Shown: positions 40,201 through 51,695 of the stretch, one piece after another
Numbering within the stretch: the first letter of the stretch is position 1
Layout: every line of letters begins with the position of its first letter
Assembly (NCBI GenBank): GCA_018398765.1
Contig: JAHBMJ010000388.1
Span: forward strand, 62,001-126,000
Direction: 5' to 3'
DNA from: Chromera velia
Taxonomy: Eukaryota
Length of the DNA: 64,000 nucleotides
The notes under the pieces: generated by a model
What the model was told of the DNA's origin: nothing
What the model saw: the letters and a program-made list of their open reading frames with translations, nothing else
The model's database searches: none
Position numbers and translations under genes: made by a program

Positions 40201-43200
40201 TGCGGCACTGGTTGTCCACACCGCAAACCGATGCCCCCCAGGGACAGCGTGCGAAGAACGCCCCCTCCACCTCGTTCTCTCCTCTAGACCCCTCCTTGGC
40301 GACACTCATGACGGGATCCGCACTTGAATGTCGTCGGAAACGGAGAGCACTGAGGGTACTGGTCGTCCGGTACCGCCTCTGCTGGCAGCGCACTTGCACT
40401 TGGCCTGCAGCGGTACTGAGGATGCTTGAGAGAGTCTCGTCTCTGCGTCCAAAGTTCCCCCAAGACTGAATCTGGGGGTCCTCTGCGCCGCACACGTACG
40501 CGTCCTCCTGCCCCTCTGTGAGAGACCAGGTGGACTCCTCGCGAGCCAGGTGGCAGAGGGATCCTGGAACGTGGTCGCTACAGACGTCTGCAGCAGGGCA
40601 GTGTTCACTGCTGAGGTCAGTAAGATTGGGGGGTTCGGGTAGAGATTCTTGAGTGAAATTGAAGAACCGTGCACAGGCAGAGTCTCTCTCTAAAATCACA
40701 CTCTCGTCAAAAAAGTCTACGTACGGTTCAGGTGTTTCTTTCGGAAACCTGCCGTCATATGTCAGCCACGCGTAAACGCACGCGCAGAGAGACACGGGTC
40801 CCGCCCCCTCGCCATCCGCTTTCACCCTCACTGCATGGAATCCCTCCTCAGGAGAGGGGCAGATGGAGCGAAGACGTCTGTGCTCACTCTCCTTCAATTT
40901 CGCCAATCCCGCCCATGCTGGCACGACCCTGTACCGGCTGTCTACGGAAGCGTTAAAACTGTCACGGATAATCTTCAACTGATCTGACTGCTGGCCCCAT
41001 GAGGCCGTCTCGAGTTTGACTACCCCTCTTAGTGCCTCCTCCTCCTTCTCCTTCTCTTCCTCTGTCTGACCACAATGCGCAGATTCGGGACAGGGCTTGC
41101 ACTTGTCAGACGCGAACTCATCTGCGAACGTCCTGGGAGGGCACGTGCGACAAGCAGCGCTGCCACTGTCGTCTGCGAACGTCCCCGGAAAGCAGGGTGT
41201 GCAGGTACAGGAGGCCTCCCCTTTGCTGAAGTACCCCTGCTTGCAGCCCCTGCACGGGATGTTCGACAGCTCCACGCCGTTGATGTCAAAGGCTCCACCT
41301 TGGGGGGTCACAGTGCACTCTGTGCCTCCGAGAAGGAGCTCACGAAAGTTCACATTCGACATCGTACCCGCAGAACAGGGTCTGCACACCCCGTCGCTCC
41401 CTTCTGTCGTCTCTCCGACGCCACAAGGGGCGCAGAGAGCACAGCTCGGAAGGTCATCTGGGAGAGAGGCGGTACAGTTGCCACCTTCAAGAGAGCACTT
41501 CCAGCTCTTCTTCAGCAGGACCGCGCAGAGATCGTCTGACTGAGCCTCGAACCCCTTTTCACGAAACATCGGAGGCCGCGTCCCGGGGGCACACCCCCAC
41601 TGGCGTGCGTCAAGAGAGACGGGCATGCTCCCGCTCAGCTGGCAGAACTCTCGCATGCGCTGGATCAACCTGCACAGAAACAAACCAAGGCATGCATTGA
41701 TGGCCTTCAGCATCTACCCTACTGCCAGGCTGACGGAGAGCTGCACCGTTGAAAAAGAGCGGAAAGGCAAGTAAGCGACTGCTGACCTGACTCACTATCT
41801 GACTCATTGACGGACCCATAACCTGCCTGGCCGACCCATTGATTGATCGACTGACCGTTGCGGCAGTCCGGGGTTGAAGTTGTTGCCCCTCAAGTCCAAG
41901 TCCTGAAGACTCCTTGCGTTGGTGAAATTCACCTTCTCAAGACCGTCTCCGTCAAAACGAGCAGACCCCAGTCTGATGACGCGGAGAGACGCCATGTGAT
42001 GGTTCAGCAACCGCTCTGGTAACGGAGAATTTTGCGTCTGCTGAGTCGTGGAGAATTCTTCAGTGCCGAAAGTCTCATAGAAGGAGAGACGGGCAAGCTG
42101 AGGATTTACAACACACCGTTCGAGATCGGCAGGGACGGGGTCAGGAAGCGGGTGACTGAGTCTGTTGCTCTCGAAATCTAGACGCTCAGAGATATTGGGG
42201 AATGTGAGCAGTTCCACGGGAAGGGTGCCCGTGAAAAGGTTTTTCGAGAGATCAAGCTCTCGAAGTCCGTTACCCGTCATCCCTCGCAGACCTTCCAGAG
42301 TGCCGTTCAACCGATTCCCGCGCAGCCGAAGCGCACGGAGACTCTCATGGGGAAGGAGAGAATCGCAGGACACAGGGAATCGGGGCTCTTGGGGAACAGG
42401 GTTGAACAGGGGGCCCTGGAAGTTGTTTCGAGAGAGATCAAGAATTTGTGCATATCGGAGCTTCCAGAGGGACTGAGGGAGGGTGCCAAACAATCCAATG
42501 GTTGAGACGTCAATCTCATACCCACCCTCGGAATTCTCCTCACTCGGTGCGCGGCAACGAAGCGCACCCCAAAAGAAACAAAAGTGGGCGCGGTCACCGC
42601 GGACATCTGATGCGTTGGATAGGTCTGCTAGCTGCACAAATCGTTTTTGGGATTCGGAACCTGCCGAGGCCAGGGTCATGGACCCTGGACACATCTCCTC
42701 CAGATACTGTTGGTCGAACCCTCTCCGAATGCAGTACCGCATCCAGAGCGGAATCTTCCCCCACCCCTCTCTCTCCCTGGGCTCCATACTCGTCCAGATG
42801 GAGAGGGCGAGCTTGCAGTTTCGGCAGTCTGACATCAACTGATCAATCAGATCCTCTACGTCTGGCCTGTCAGCACCGCACGCAGGACACTGCTGTCCGC
42901 ATACGATGCAGTCCTTGGGGGGAATCGTGCTGTCGTCACTGCCCCCGAAGTTCGGATCGTCGCGGTCAAACACGAGCTCGCCCTTCCGTATCATCGCAAG
43001 TTGGGATTTGGTGAAATTCCCCTCCTCAAACCTGCACACAAAAAAGAAACAAAACGAGACGCCGTGAGTCCCGCCCCCCCTCCCCTGCACACCCGCCAAT
43101 CCACGCTCCATCCATCTGTGGTCAGAGATTGCAATCCCTCCAAAGAAGGGTGAAGGGTTGGTTGCCACAACAGGGAAAAGGCGCCAACCGGAACAAAATA

Positions 43201-45360
43201 GAGAGGCAGGGCTCCTACGGCTCTCTAAATAAAGGTCGAACAAATGAATCGTTGGAAGAGATCAGTAGGAAGCCCCCTCCACCCCCAAAAGTGGCAGACA
43301 AAGAAAGAAGCGCAGGCCAACTGACCGAAAGTTCAAGAGGGAGAAGTCGGTTCCTGCAAGAATAAAGAAGAGGGAGGAAAGCGATGAGAACACAAAACAG
43401 GTCCCCAAATTCAATTGAAAAACACGAACAACAGACAACACACTGTGAGGTCAACGGAGAAGGACTTTGAGAGGGCGAATGGCCGACTGACTTGTTTTGA
43501 GGGTCAGCTCTCCATCGAGACTCCAGATCTCTGCGGTGGCATTCAGGCCCCCATCTCTGACTAAGCTCCCATTCATCACACCGTAGAAGACATCAGGCTT
43601 CACCTGGTGGAACAATGACGGCACATCCCTCGACAGGTTTGTGAGGAGAATGTCGGTAAATGGGGGCACAGGTTCCTCCAGGAGACGAAAGTTTGGCTGG
43701 AAACTCGTCAGGGAATACACATGGTCGTTTCCTGTTCGGTCGAGCAAGTGCGCTTCTGCGAGGACCGTCATGACTAGGATTGTGAGGTCATAGACTCTCG
43801 GAGTGAGGGCGTTCATCTGGAGTCTAGACACTACCGTTCCATCGTCTGCCCGAATCTCAAGACGAGAATCGGGAATTCCGAATCTGTCAGGACCAACGCT
43901 AACGACAGGCGGCGCCACTCCGAGCATGCCCCTCAACACTTTCGGGTTGTCACTCAGCAGCTTCATACGGTGTCTTCCTGTGCGCAAGTTTGCGGCCTGC
44001 ATTGAGAGGGAAAGGGAAGTTAATATATAGATCTCGCGAAAAAACAGTCAGGGAGAAGGCGCAGATAGTAACAAGGGGAAAATATGAAAGTCGCAGAGAA
44101 ACACTTGCTGCTTGGCTTCGTGTCAAAAGAATCGAAATAGCCTTTCCTTTTCTCCCTCTGCCACAACCTCTCACTGCATTGTCGGGCCTACACTGCCAGC
44201 CTTGCTGTGAAACCGCCAGCAACTTTCCCCTCCTAACTGACTGCTGACTGACCAGGTCATCGTTCAGAATGATGGCAACCTCAGGCCGATCCAGGAGACC
44301 TGGCCAGTCATCGTCAAAACTGATCTCTCCAATGGGGCTTCCCTCACGAGTAGTGCGATTCTTCTCTGCCCTGTTCCCAGGTTTCGAAGCTTCAAGCACC
44401 ACCTGAGCGTCTTCCATCACCGCAAGAAAAAGAAAAATTGCAACATCATCGGTCGCAGCTCCCCCCTCAGATTTCCACCCATTCACTTTCATCAACTCCT
44501 GCCGGAGTCTACTCGATCTCAACTTCAGGTCTTCCTTTTCCGTCTTCTGATCCGTGCCGACATTTCCGTTTCCCCTCCGCAGCTCCGAGTCCGGAAGAAG
44601 CACCCGAGTGTACCCCTGTCCCCCCGCATTCTCCACCTCGTTTGCAAGACCCCTCGAGTACACACTGCGAGGAGCAGAAGAAAGGGAAAGCAAAGGCAGC
44701 GACTGTGACTATATAGAAACCGGCGAGAACTCATAAAAAAAAAGAAAAACGCAAGGTGCGACTGCAAGAACAATGGAGTTTTCCGACTGCCGCCCATCCG
44801 AGGACTGACACACCGCCCCCCCTCCAGAGGCGGGGGTCACAACTCGCCGCGTCCGTTCCCTCTCACCGCTACCGCACGACTTCGAGCAATCGCTCCATTC
44901 CCCCCAAGAGCTCCACTCACAGTCCACAACTGCATCCCCACGTGACGGAAGAAACAAAAGGAAACCAAAAGAAGTGAGACCGAGAGAAGATCGAGGAATC
45001 AGATCCTAAAGAGTGATCATGATGGCGAAAATGCACAGGGACAAGCTATGCTGTGAAACAGGCACATGGAAGACATAACAGCCTCCGTCTGCAGCCCCAC
45101 TAATCCGTACTCACGGGAGAGAGGCCGACTGACTTTCCTGAGAACACCAGGGCCTTCCTGGAGTTCTCCCACTTCCAGTGTTTCAAAACCTCCGTGATCG
45201 CTGCTGCCTGCTGTCTGTCAGATGCAACACCGACTCTCGAGAAAACAGGATGGAAGTTCTCCAGTTCGGAGAGGGTGGCTGTGGAAAGGAAAGGAAGACC
45301 CACGGAAGACGCCAGAGGGACCAGGTTGAGGGCCCTGAGAACACATGCACACATATTCAT
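32789..45360 (-). CDS. Large multi-exon receptor-like membrane protein: TSP1 + LRR + GCC2/GCC3 (ephrin-receptor-like) Cys repeats + multi-pass TM region + long cytoplasmic tail
   Basis: Colinear series of long minus-strand ORFs with plausible splice sites: ~44760-44929, ~44190-44670, ~43455-43990, ~41856-43031, ~39949-41669, ~38570-39733, ~38266-38398, ~37510-37745, ~36760-37166, ~36110-36355, 33435-36000, ~32800-33427. Exact start and end are uncertain, and it could be more than one gene. Confidence 0.65.
33435..36005 (-). CDS. Long (856-codon) S/P/R-rich exon, probable cytoplasmic tail of the receptor-like gene
   Basis: Uninterrupted 2.57-kb ORF in non-repetitive sequence, with an acceptor-like pyrimidine tract plus CAG near 36000. 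Confidence 0.8.
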   Translation of the reverse strand: MQRAKEIFFKHTVLSGASAGEVMVLRHRVENLERRAEWAELVRACRASARKDRMTQLRLRNLLNERAPIEEFFQTFGHLLSTRRRVRRVSLGQSTISSVSASVHSALPTSQPSALSLTSLNRYTRPLSTVPSGRVDFDLRGDLPAYLPASAHRPLFGPSNRASTAFHLKSSPAAEDRQEEDRVPAHSTTDPHPLNEATHRRISPDAPVLPSTLLASDATQVPTAAAEKAEDDSLRDFFKGGGGESLRERGQLQSLGGRSRAVSTLGFRRRWPSWVSSIPSAVLASQSTLSLPGFERKELYSREKVILPRQRILYAACLRVRALVRFVRAVTEIAKDVRKPSDKGAAAEICRMTVEDLQAELSSHKVAEQIQLVRTLREHAAEYVGIGNMGGRRPEKFLPLVAVDDGTGKGVGEMDVREVPLARYDLLWKWREFRASTVYLNRNVPRSLTPPSLIISRCYSDPQRNPSSFDGPVPPTPPNAPLSPGTPSSVGNLCAESASGSPDRAPSASVCSRGFFEDLQGRSPGALTASPRKSAETCPFSCHTKGEGGLSAGLGPEGFAGPSASPRETGRHRTRTASRGRRRGRSSSRLAENTAKGEGGRSRSRRRDQRGNQGTEPSFPDAAASRSQLLSSSLGSLPFSLAQRVPTGLPPTPLVQRTFEGTVSTGEGIVQEVPEGQHPPSPQVDAFTNSCADIRSEGSRLVPIPPAPGVPPSPPLNVENVFSPFLPTQQSKREIKTTCIQWNDHGTANTTPAAAREGDFKPTLPASSSHPSPDILSGVALGRQVASMSEEAEPRSREEKVQSTSQTPRKNPSEGSEGKNMKGAFERQGSSVEAKALHPIEDVPPSPACDAFSLPE
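38570..39733 (-). CDS. Transmembrane/loop exon of the receptor-like gene
   Basis: Long ORF 38532-39869 with hydrophobic segments ([32 protein letters not shown]) and [10 protein letters not shown]. The next exon, 38266-38398, has a TM helix plus RFGFLY. Confidence 0.75.
39949..41669 (-). CDS. GCC2/GCC3-like Cys-rich repeats followed by the first transmembrane helices
   Basis: [64 protein letters not shown]; later PFCARCE...CKQC, then hydrophobic [16 protein letters not shown]. Confidence 0.9.
41856..43031 (-). CDS. Leucine-rich-repeat exon (plant receptor-like LxxLxLxxNxLxGxLP type)
   Basis: [61 protein letters not shown] and [11 protein letters not shown] in ORF 41804-43243. Confidence 0.9.
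44760..44929 (-). CDS. Thrombospondin type-1 (TSP1) repeat exon
   Basis: [40 protein letters not shown] matches the WxxWxxWxxCSxSCGxGxRxRxR consensus. Confidence 0.9.
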
Positions 45361-46149
45361 GTACAGTTCAATACATGCAAACACGAATTCACACGCGCAG
45401 AGAGGGGGGAGCGGAAGGGTGGGGGGAAGGTGCCAGTTAGAACGAATGGTCAGCTGAGGGTTCGGAGTTCTCAGGCATCCGTGTAAAGAAAGGTCGCGAG
45501 ATGCAAAGGCAAGAGAAAGACGCAGGTCCCCGAACGAAAATCGGGGAGCCAAAGACTGATGAAGATGGGGGGGGCAAACCGAAAGAAAGAGAGGCTGACG
45601 AAGAAAACGTGAATAACGAAAGGACTGGATTGACCAAGAGACAGAGAAAAGCAACGAGGACCAAGGAAAAAGAGAGGGAGACAGGGAAGGAGCGAGAGAC
45701 CGGGAAAGCACAGAGGGGCGGACAGACACGCGAACAGCGCAAATCCGCACACAGACAAACAATGGAAAAAACTCGAGGAACAGAACAAAGAAAAAAGAGG
45801 GAAATTCAGAAACAGACTCCAAGATGGGGAAAACGAAACAGGGGAAGAAAAGAGGGCGAGAGAAAACTAGGTGCATAAGATCAAGGAAGAGTGAGAAGAG
45901 GAACAGGCCAGTTTGAGTTCCTGCCTGACTCTACGCCCTGTCTCCTCGGCAGGCGACTCACGTGGCAGAGCTGACAAGTCCTGCACAAAGAAAGACACGA
46001 ATGGGCACACAGCGTGAGACACACGCACATTGAGTGTCTCGGGTTGCATTGCCGCCTGTATAGCCTAGCCGTCAACAAGCATTTTCCTATTCGTTCATTG
46101 CCTCTTTTCCTACAAGTCGGAATAAAGCCCGCAAAAAGCGTGCACAGGT

Positions 46150-46181
46150 GGAAAGAAAGAAAGAAAGAAAGAAAGAAAGAA

Positions 46182-46217
<36 letters not shown>

Positions 46218-46218
46218 A

Positions 46219-46270
<52 letters not shown>

Positions 46271-46272
46271 AA
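46150..46272. repeat. (GAAA)n microsatellite
   Basis: Directly visible. Confidence 0.95.
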
Positions 46273-46913
46273 CGAAGAACGGTCCCGGAGTCGAGCCAAA
46301 AACCACTTTTCAGGAACAAAAAGATTGAAGTGCTGACCGATAACAGCAGAGACTCCCTGAGAGAACATCGCGAGGAGAACCCCTGCAGCCTCCAAGGGGG
46401 AGTTTCCCTCGCTTCCGTCTGCACCTCCGTCGCAGCTACTGCACAGAACAACGCAAAAGTGAAAATGAAGCGGTAAAACGAAGAAAACCGTTCTAATTTT
46501 GGAAATCTGCGAGAAGGGAGGGCAGGCGGCAGAAGTAAGGGTCAATTGGGAGCTACGTCACGGGGACGTCCAGAGAAAAAGGCGATACTGACCTTCGACG
46601 CAGATTCGCGACGAGAAACTGGAACTCGGTCTCGTTGTAGCGCGTAGCATTGTTTTGATTGAAGTGCTGCATACGAGCAGAGAATGGACACCTGACATGC
46701 TTCCGTGTTCTTTCTTATTCTTCAAAAGGACCACAAACTGACGAGTCTTACGAATCAATATCGCACCGACCCAGGGACCGACCCACACAGCACACTTTGC
46801 ATCTGCATTTCGCCCCCCCTCTCAGACCCATCCAATGTCATCAGAATGCCCCTTCAAACTCACATACCACAACCGCTTCCCAAGCTATACGGAACCTAGT
46901 ATCTCACTGAACC

Positions 46914-47354
46914 ATGAGCACCAACCCGAAATGCCGTATTGAAGCCAAAAGGGTACGTCGTCTTATCAAAGCACTCAGTGATTACCTGCAAAAAGCACGA
47001 AAGCCGTACAGATTAGTCATACGGCAGCCAGTGCGGGAGAGAAAGTTCTGTTTCGGAGAGCTGACTTACCCCCACACCGATAGTCACTTTTCGCGGCTGA
47101 GCACCACAGAGACAGGCCAGCCCAAAGAAGCATATGATCGCCTGCAGATGTCGCTTGACGGTAACCATCGGCAGCATAAACATAGAAAGGAGCTGGCACA
47201 GAAAGCCTACGCCACAGCAGAGATCCACGATACAGACATCAATCACAAAGCAGCATCGTCTCCGAAGCCAAGATCCACGCAGAAGGTGCAAGCCATGGTC
47301 CTAGACACGCTCTACCAACCCTACGACACGTACGAATGGGAAACACCCACTTGA
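46914..47354 (+). CDS. Hypothetical protein (146 aa)
   Basis: ATG-initiated ORF with a plausible charged composition; no motif recognised. Confidence 0.2.
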   Translation: MSTNPKCRIEAKRVRRLIKALSDYLQKARKPYRLVIRQPVRERKFCFGELTYPHTDSHFSRLSTTETGQPKEAYDRLQMSLDGNHRQHKHRKELAQKAYATAEIHDTDINHKAASSPKPRSTQKVQAMVLDTLYQPYDTYEWETPT

Positions 47355-48010
47355 AACCTGTGAAGGAGCATTGAAGGAGCGCATATGGATGTGCCAGAGA
47401 GAAGCAGGACGAAAACCATGGTGGGAACGAATGGGATGATTCACCGAGGACTCAAAGGACCGGCCGTCTCCCGTTGGGCATCGTGGGGCGGCATGGGCCG
47501 CGGGCATGGGCCGGCCGGGCGACTCCGTCAATGCTCCGTGCGAAGCATGGCGTGTAAGGGGCTCTTACAAGAATTAAATCTGAGAAGTGCCCCACAAACT
47601 CCTCAGGTTTTCCGGGGCCGGCCGGAAGCTCACACGCACTAAGTCCATCAGACTGCCCAAGCTTCACGTGCGTGCGTCAATGTGATCGTCTGATTTAATT
47701 GTCGAATCTGACGCACTCCGTGCGAATGGCCTGGAAAGTGAAATTAACTTTAGACTCGGAATTAACTGGAGTTGGAAGTGCTCAAGTTTTGTTAAGTACT
47801 CTTTCAGCAATATGTAGCAGCGATATAGCCCGGAAAGCATAGCTGAGGGGCACTTACAAAGGGTAACCCGAAAAACGTAGCTGAGGGGCATTAAATTTTA
47901 TAAAGAGTTCACATGGGAGAACCCCTGTGACACATATACACTGTCAGGGCTCATTATATTCAAAACGTTACGACGGAAGGTCTGTCAATCTAAACATACA
48001 TCATCGTTCC

Positions 48011-50788
48011 TGTAGCGTAGTGGCTAGCTATACGTTAGCAGACGAGGGCTTATCGAGACAGAGACAGTTAGTCAGATGGAAGGTCTGTCATGCTAAGCGT
48101 TTGTTGTTATTCGCTCGTTCATTCTGTTTCTATCAGTCTGACTTTCATACAACAGAAATACGACTGTTGATTCATATGGCTACATCATATATAATGACGT
48201 GTGCGCTTACTTCGATCACGGCCCCGGAACGACGTGCACACACACGGGCCGGTTCTATCACAATCGACACGCGAAGGCGGGGTGCTCACTGACACTCGTA
48301 CCATGACGGGTATACACGTCACACATGCCCCTCCCCAGAATGATCGTCCCCAATCATTTCATTTCCTTCATGCAAGCATCGTTCATCCTCAGTCATGCTT
48401 TATTCATTCCTGTCTATACTTGAATAAACTCACACAATGAAATAAGAAGCAAACGGGTGCACATCGATCCTCGTAAGACTGACATCGCGGAATTAAGAAA
48501 TCAATTGCATCTGCATGAGGATGAAAAATTTCGTTTCACATCCATACACACGCTTCGATCGATCGTCTGGCTCATGAATACATGACATAAAAGCTGTGGT
48601 CGCAACTGGACCTGCATGAGCTTATTCGCTTTGTGCATGCGCGCATGACTTCTGGTGGTAACCATGCCAGTCTCTGTAGAGTCAGACTCGCCAACCTTAT
48701 AGCCTCCCTTTCTCCTCTTCCTGGTGGCAATGCATCTGTGCACGCTCATCGCATTGTCGACATGAACGACTGACTAGACGACTGATGCTGCTCAATCAAT
48801 CATCCACACTTTGAGTACCGCTGCACAAACATACTGTAAGCTGGTCTTTCTGTGTTTCTTTATAGTTGCTGGTCAGAAGAATTGTCAGCCTTCTCCTTTC
48901 TTCTGTCAGATGCAATCTGACACACTCTTACTTCCTCCCCTTCCCTTTGCTTCACTCAGTACACAAACTCCAACGAGATCGACCTAGGGTGGGGTCTGCC
49001 TCCACTTTCCACAGCTTAATATGCAGGAGGGCACCACAGGTCGTCTCTTCTGTCTCCTCTTTCCTAGCTTCTTTCTTACTCTCCGTCTCCTCCTCCTTCT
49101 CTGCTTGTCTGGCAGCGAATGCGCTTTTGATTTCGACGATCTGCTGCTTACTGCTGCTTTATCAATTCCTCCTCCCTCTTTACTCTTCTAGGGCCTGGCA
49201 TATAGCTTTTGACTCCTGTCTGGATCGGTCTTTCTCTTTGACAGCGGTTAGGGGAATTGGCGAACTCATCTTCCTCTTCGCCGTCTCCATCCCGTCCTTC
49301 ACTGCACTCACACCCTTCGATGTGATACATGCCTAAGGGGCGGTGCACCTACTCATCATCAGACCTCTCTCCTGTAGCACGGACCATCTTCGGCTGCCCC
49401 TCTGGCCTTCAGATGTTGCTGGTCTCGTTAGAGTCATGACCAAACGACAGGTGTTTTAGCCCTCTGCCATCTGCCCTCTCTCTCGGCTTCTGAATGATGA
49501 TGATGTTGTTGTCAGGACAGTCTTTTGCACCATGACCTGCGTGCAATGTCCTGCAGAGGAAACACCCATGGAACTGAATCTTCCTGAGGATTTCTTTCTC
49601 TTTGTCAGTCAGGGGTGGCAGCTTTTGGATATTGTGTTCTCTGCTTTTGTTTATCTGCCCCAGTGCACCGATGTCCATGGGTGCTGGACCAGTGGGATGA
49701 TCACTGGGATCATGTGATATATAACCTCCACTACCGGTCACAGGGGGTGCTTCTGTTGAGGGAAGTGTTCTGGGGTGGGTTGCTGCTACAACAAACGAAA
49801 CAGATGAGTGGGGAATGATCGAGAGTACTTCAAATGCTGCTCCTACTGCTACCTCGAGGTTTGTAGGTTTCTTTCTCTTCACCTCCTTCTGGACGTCTTC
49901 GGGAAAACCCTTCTCGTACTGATATACTTTGTCGCTCATGCTCATGTCAGGGATGAAGAGCATCTTAGAGATGAAGTTGCTCATGTACGTCTTGAGATCT
50001 GTGCCCAACACTTCCACACACTTTTAAATTATCCTGTCCAGTTCATTTTGGTGATTATCACGAGTTCGTCTGTCCTGAAAATATGTCAGCAGGACAGTCT
50101 AGAGCTCCAACTACGTCACAGGCGTGTGCCCATTCTTTTCTGCGAGCTTTACAGCCTTAACCACATCGCCTTTAAGGTGGCTGTCAGCTGTACTGAGCAG
50201 CTACGCATCGGTCATACCATGGAAGTCGCGGTACTTCTCGCACACCCAGACCTAATCTTTGAATTCCTCAACTGTTCCAGCATAATCGTAGATTGGTTTG
50301 ATCGCCTTCGCAAAAGCACTGGAAGAAGTGGAATGCAAGTGACCGAGGATCGCTCTCAACTCAGCAATCTCTGCAGTCTGAGCTTAGTACAAGGCTTTCA
50401 ACTCTTTGAAGTCTCTGGTGAAACCTTCCCTCTTGACAAAGCAAATTTGGTCACAACGAGGCTCCTGCTATCATGTGTAGCGTAGTGGCTAGCTATACGT
50501 TAGCAGACAAGGGCTCATCAAGACAGAGACAGTTAGTCAGATGGAAGGTCTGTCATGCTAGGCATTTGTTGTTATTCGCTCGTTCATTCTGTTTCTGTCA
50601 GTCTGACTCTCATGCGACAGAAATATGACTGTTGATTCATGTGGCTAAATCATATGCAATGACGCACGCGTTTACTTCGATCGCAGCCCCGGAACGGCGT
50701 GCATACACATGGGCTGGTTTTATTACAATCGACACGCGAAGGCGGGGCGCTCACTGACGTTCGCACCACGACGGACATACACGTTACA
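48011..50788 (-). mobile_element. Non-autonomous Ty3/Gypsy-type LTR retrotransposon (2778 bp, gag only)
   Basis: Two 313-bp TG...CA LTRs (48011-48323 and 50476-50788); 5-bp TSD GTTCC/GTTCT; PBS-like TGATAGCAGGAGC just inside the 5' LTR; polypurine tract GGGGAGGGG before the 3' LTR (minus strand); internal gag. Confidence 0.92.
49409..50017 (-). CDS. gag: Retrotransposon Gag, C-terminal part, with zinc knuckle
   Basis: Capsid-like YMSNF...DKVYQYEKGFPEDVQKEV...PTNLEVAVGAA, PAPMDIG, and knuckle GCFLCRTLHAGHGAKDCP. The upstream part of gag is disrupted. Confidence 0.8.
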   Translation of the reverse strand: MEVLGTDLKTYMSNFISKMLFIPDMSMSDKVYQYEKGFPEDVQKEVKRKKPTNLEVAVGAAFEVLSIIPHSSVSFVVAATHPRTLPSTEAPPVTGSGGYISHDPSDHPTGPAPMDIGALGQINKSREHNIQKLPPLTDKEKEILRKIQFHGCFLCRTLHAGHGAKDCPDNNIIIIQKPRERADGRGLKHLSFGHDSNETSNI

Positions 50789-50822
50789 GTTCTATCATTC
50801 AATCAGTTGGTACCTGCGCTGT

Positions 50823-51695
50823 GAGGGTTACCAATTTTATTGGCGGTAGACAAGCTTTATTACCGGTAACCGGTAATTACCGGGAGAGTTTGCTTACAGT
50901 CGGAAAAGACTTAGCAGAATTTTAACAGTCATTCATACTCCGTTATAGGTTAATCAATCAATCATAGGTAGCACAGTCCAAAGAAGTGCTTTTACCATCC
51001 AGTTGTAACTGGCAATATGCAAGGTGCAAGACAGTCAGTGACACTAGGTTAAGTGATGCATGCCAGTTGATCCTAGGCCAGATCTGTATTATTAATTGTA
51101 TTGATACAGATGAGAATACAGATACAGATGGATCAAACAGAATAAAGACACAAGCAAGAGGAAGTCTCTTCATGTTGTTATGAATAGTATCAACTTCTGT
51201 AAGGTGTGAACTCTGGATGAGTATGCCTTAGGAGCCGACTACGCTAAGTCTAGATGCTAAGTACTGTTAAGTCGTTACTCGTCCCTTACTTTGATCGCTC
51301 TCAAACAACGGCTCAAGGCTTGATACAGAGAAGCAGCACAGTTGGAGATGGAATTAACAGAGTCAATTTAAGGAAAAGGAAGTAGCTGTTGCACAGAGCT
51401 GTTAGAACTTTATGTCACTTTAATATAGGGGTGATCGAAGCAGTTAAAATAATTGAAATTATAACAAATTATAAAATTTATATATATTGTTTTTTGTTAA
51501 TAGGCTTTTCAAATGTCAATAAACACTTAAAAACATGTTTTTGAAGGTTGGCGCCGCAGGCGAAAATTTTTTTTTTTTGACCCTATAATTTTTATCATTT
51601 TTTTTTTCGGTAAAAGGAAGATAGACTGAGGCCATTACCGGTTACCGGCAATTGCCGGTAGACTACACCTGTTACCGACCAGAAAAGCAACCCTG
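50823..51695. mobile_element. hAT-type non-autonomous DNA transposon (873 bp)
   Basis: Perfect 8-bp TSD TGCGCTGT (50815-50822 and 51696-51703); ends GAGGGTTAC...GCAACCCTG; subterminal TTACCGG repeats at both ends. Confidence 0.88.

Noticed and set aside
33351..43014. Numerous plus-strand ORFs overlapping the large minus-strand gene
   Set aside because: GC-rich antisense shadows of the domain-bearing minus-strand exons.
49808..50485. 225-aa plus-strand ORF inside the LTR element
   Set aside because: Antisense shadow of gag; no motif.
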